A stretch of 63,968 bases of DNA, the filler included, from Gonapodya sp. JEL0774 (lineage: Eukaryota), in NCBI GenBank assembly GCA_027604505.1. It is 5 parts of 5 records of this genome, joined end to end, with 100 filler letters (N's around TTAATTAATTAA, not from the genome) between each part and the next. Parts side by side here need not be neighbours in the genome. Positions count along the whole stretch, not along the records: positions 53,002 to 63,968 come from JADIIX010000370.1; 4 more parts are not named here. The stretch is one strand, 5' to 3'. Below the pieces are notes generated by a model. That model saw nothing but the letters and a program-made list of their open reading frames with translations. It was not told the DNA's origin and ran no database searches. Positions 60,972 to 63,968 of the stretch are shown piece after piece (within the stretch, counting starts at the first letter, position 1; the number at the start of each line of letters is the position of its first letter). The position numbers and the translations under genes were made by a program.

Positions 60972-63802
60972 TCACCATCCCCATGTCCGCGCCTCCCTGC
61001 TCCTCCCTCGAGAGGCGGTCAGCATTTTCTCACCGTCAATTATTCCTTGCAGCACGCTAGGACCCACGAGACGAACCGAAACATCTTCTTTCAGTGGTGC
61101 GGACTGGGTATCGGTCATGGAAGAGGAGGTGGCGGAGTCATTGGTGGGACTATAGAGTATGCGAAGGGGGGGGCGGGTGGAGGAGTTGGAGAGGCGAGGG
61201 GCTGGATTGGAGGATGGCGAGAGCTCGGAGCTCCATTCTAAGGGTACGGGTACGGATGAGAGTGGGCGAGGCGCAGGTGACGCGAAGGAGGATGTCGGTG
61301 CATGTGATGGGGGGGTTTTCGGGATGGATGCCATTGATTTCTTCGAAGAAGGTGTCTTCCGTACCCCATCACCGCGTCGTCCCTCATCGAAAAAGGCAGG
61401 TGCCCTTTCACTCGGCACACTCAATTCGAATCTTTTGTCAATATTCCTGGCAATTTTGTTCGCCAACTTCCTCCCGACGGATCCGGGGCGCGCGGCGAGT
61501 TCCGCAACCAGCGCGTGCAAATGCGTTGGCGTGGAGGGGGCAGAGAGGTATCCTGGTCGTCTTCTCATCATAGAAGGGGATGGTGATGGTGACGGTGTTG
61601 GGGATCGAGACATCGGGCGACTGTCGGCATATATGGTAGTGTCAGCGCTGGGCCCAAAGCGGGGGAAAGAGGAAGGAGACGTAGCCCGGGATGGGGCGCG
61701 AGAACTGGTGCTGGAGACGGCTGCGGTACGCGAAAGGCGAGCTTTAAGGTGGATCAGGGTTTGGGCGAGCCGAGAAGAGTGTCTATTGTGGTCAGTAATG
61801 GAGATAATGAAGCACAGCACAGAGTTACTCAAGCAATGCAATACCAGCTTTCATTCTCTCTCAAATATACGGAGGCATGCGCACCGTTGTTCTTCCCCCA
61901 ATGCTTCCAACGTCTCCCTCGTCCACTTCTCGAGCTCCCCGATGTGCTGCTCTAACACCCCTAAAATAAGTGATACGGGGCTGGGATCCTCATGCACGTC
62001 TTGCGAAGTCACCAAAGCGTGTCGCTGCTTCCAATTAGCGCCACCGGGTGCTCCTCCGGTCCGTCCAGCCACGTGGGACCCAGCTGCACGGAGTAGTTCG
62101 CGAAAATGTTTGATGCGGACGTTTTCCAGTTGCCGGTGGAAATCCCCTGCAGGAGAATGGCTAGTGAGGGTGCGGACAAGGGGAGGTTGGTAGGAGAGAA
62201 GATGGTGGGAGGTGGGGGGTCGCGGGTAGGAGGAGTTAGTAGGACTGGAAAAGTGAAGATTGATGGTGAGTCGGAACGATGGAAAGAGCGAAATGCTTGA
62301 GAGCCTGACCTTTTTCCCCCACCTAATAGCTCTTCTTCCCTTTTATGTCCGATCTCTGCGTTGGAAGGTCCTCCATGGGATGAAGAAACCAAGCTTGTAC
62401 CAGTGTCCTCCTCAGCCAGTCGAGTACCGACTCCTCTCGCGGTTCCACTTGCGATCCGCCGCCCTCTTTTCTTGGTATACTGTTCCACCATTCCTATTGC
62501 GACGCTAGACTTGGAAACAGCAGCAACGATTCCCGCCTTTTCACGAACTCGAGAACGGGTGACGCGACCCAAGCGCGTTGTAGGCGATGCAGATGGGCGG
62601 CCACTCTGTGGATCCCTTCGTGATGACAAATCGGGGCGCAAGCTATCCGTGCCTGTGGCAGCGCCCCTGGGTCCATTTCCAGACCCGTCGATGTAGGGAT
62701 ACGCGGCGCCAGTGCTATCCCCATCAATCAAATCCCCACGATTGCCACGCAAATGCGGGTACGCATCCGCTTCATGCCCGACAAGCATGTCCGCGCTCGT
62801 CAGAACGTACTCCTCCACACTTCCGAAAGAATCGTCACTGCCCCACAGCTCCTGGGCTTTTGCCTTCCAAAAACTCCTTTCCCGTTCAGTGGCACGAAGA
62901 TGGCCCAGAGCAGTAGCGTGGGCTGTTTGCCACTGTGCGCATTGCTGCTCGAGACTGTCAATTTTGCTTTTAAGGGTTGCGATGACTGTCGTTTGTACAA
63001 CCGTTTTGGTGGTGTTTTGGGCCGAGGACGGACGGGTTCCCGTGCCAGTGCCTGGAGGGGACCCACGAACAGCTACTGAACCTCTTCTGCTTTTTACTTG
63101 TGTGAAGGTAGAGCCCCGCTTTGATGAACTCGGAGACGATCCTGATGGTTTGTGTGTAAGCACATCCGAACTCGCCAGATCCATCCCCGACACACCATTT
63201 TTAGCACTTTGGGAAACAATTTCTTCTACCAAAAAGTCCAAGTCGTTGCTTAAATTGCTCGTGGCAATGTCCTCGCTTATTTGTGGGAAGGCCGTTCTTG
63301 AAGGGCGTCGGGACTCCAGGGGCTGTGCGTGCGCATGATTCATTTGTCCATCGCCAGCTCTTGATGAATCAAATGAAACAGTAATTCCTTGGATTTCAGA
63401 CGCTGGTTGCATAGCGGAAATCGATCCTCGATCGGTGACAAGGTGCACGCCCGATGCCAGAGGGACAGCCTCGAGGTCTCGTTGAGACTGGTCGCCAACC
63501 AGAGCCGACGATGGAATTTCATTTTTGATAGCAAGATCAGCAGACAGCAGAACAGCGGAAGGGGTGGACGGTTTGCGTATAGCAGAAGTTGGCCGCGAAG
63601 GAGATTTCGAACCAGAGCTCGATCGGGGCGGGGACTGCCGCCAATCCGAATCCCGTGTCTCGCTGTACGCAGAGTTGGCCAGGTCGTTGTAGATATCGTC
63701 TACGGCGGTCAAGAACGGACCCTCGTGGTGCGGATCGTGCGAAGACGGGGCCGATGGTGGAGGGGGTAATTCTGTTTCAATTGCAGAAAGTGAAGAGGAC
63801 AT
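60972..63802 (-). CDS. Ser/Pro-rich coiled-coil protein of unknown function, spliced
   Basis: Long ORFs 62009-63913 and 60972-61841, with heptad segments (TLKSKIDSLEQQC...ERERSFWK; LEQHIGELEKW). No recognisable domain. Confidence 0.6.
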
Positions 63803-63968
63803 TCGCTGCCGTCTTGATTGGGCTGGAAAGGATTGAAACTGGAGCTCAATTGGAGGTGTAGACTTTGATATGAATATTGTGATTGTGTGCAACTGGGACT
63901 GTCTATAACCCACGGAGTACTGAGGTCATGACCTGGTGCAAGGGGCATGACCTCGATAGATATGACCC

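Noticed and set aside
61159..63338. Long + strand ORFs (344 aa, 208 aa)
   Set aside because: Antisense shadows of the Ser/Pro-rich minus-strand gene.

Overview
Eukaryotic, intron-rich DNA that looks fungal. Gene content (Mei2-like RRM, DOCK GEF, MscL, TKL-type kinases) suggests an early-diverging, chytrid/monoblepharid-like fungus; this is inference. The window is not one locus. Four identical 100-bp spacers (44 N + TTAATTAATTAA + 44 N) join five apparently unrelated contigs. The three internal contigs decrease in length (13206, 13186, 12969 bp) and genes are cut at the joins. Contigs 1, 2 and 5 carry ordinary host genes: Mon1 3' end, Mei2-like, DOCK, fumarase 3' half, dienelactone hydrolase, F-box, MmgE/PrpD, AP endonuclease, CAP protein, MscL, intradiol dioxygenase and a C2H2 TF. 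Contig 3 carries a kinase-Sel1 gene, a spliced gene with an amyloid-like motif + MLKL-like helical domain + kinase + PARP-like (H-Y-E) domain, and a Crypton-like tyrosine recombinase facing a GCR1_C-like gene. Contig 4 (39933-52901) is the highlight and looks like a self-replicating virus/plasmid-like element. It has an intronless Prim-Pol + tandem UL52-type Zn finger + D5/SF3 helicase gene, followed immediately by an origin-like array of inverted TACACTT iterons with a perfect 39-bp inverted repeat. It also has a second SF3 helicase fused to a PD-(D/E)xK nuclease, a spliced LEM/HeH-MSC nuclear-envelope protein, two paralogous unknown genes, element-specific repeats, and a CEHG Zn-repeat protein. 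All domain calls come from reading motifs by eye; no searches were run.
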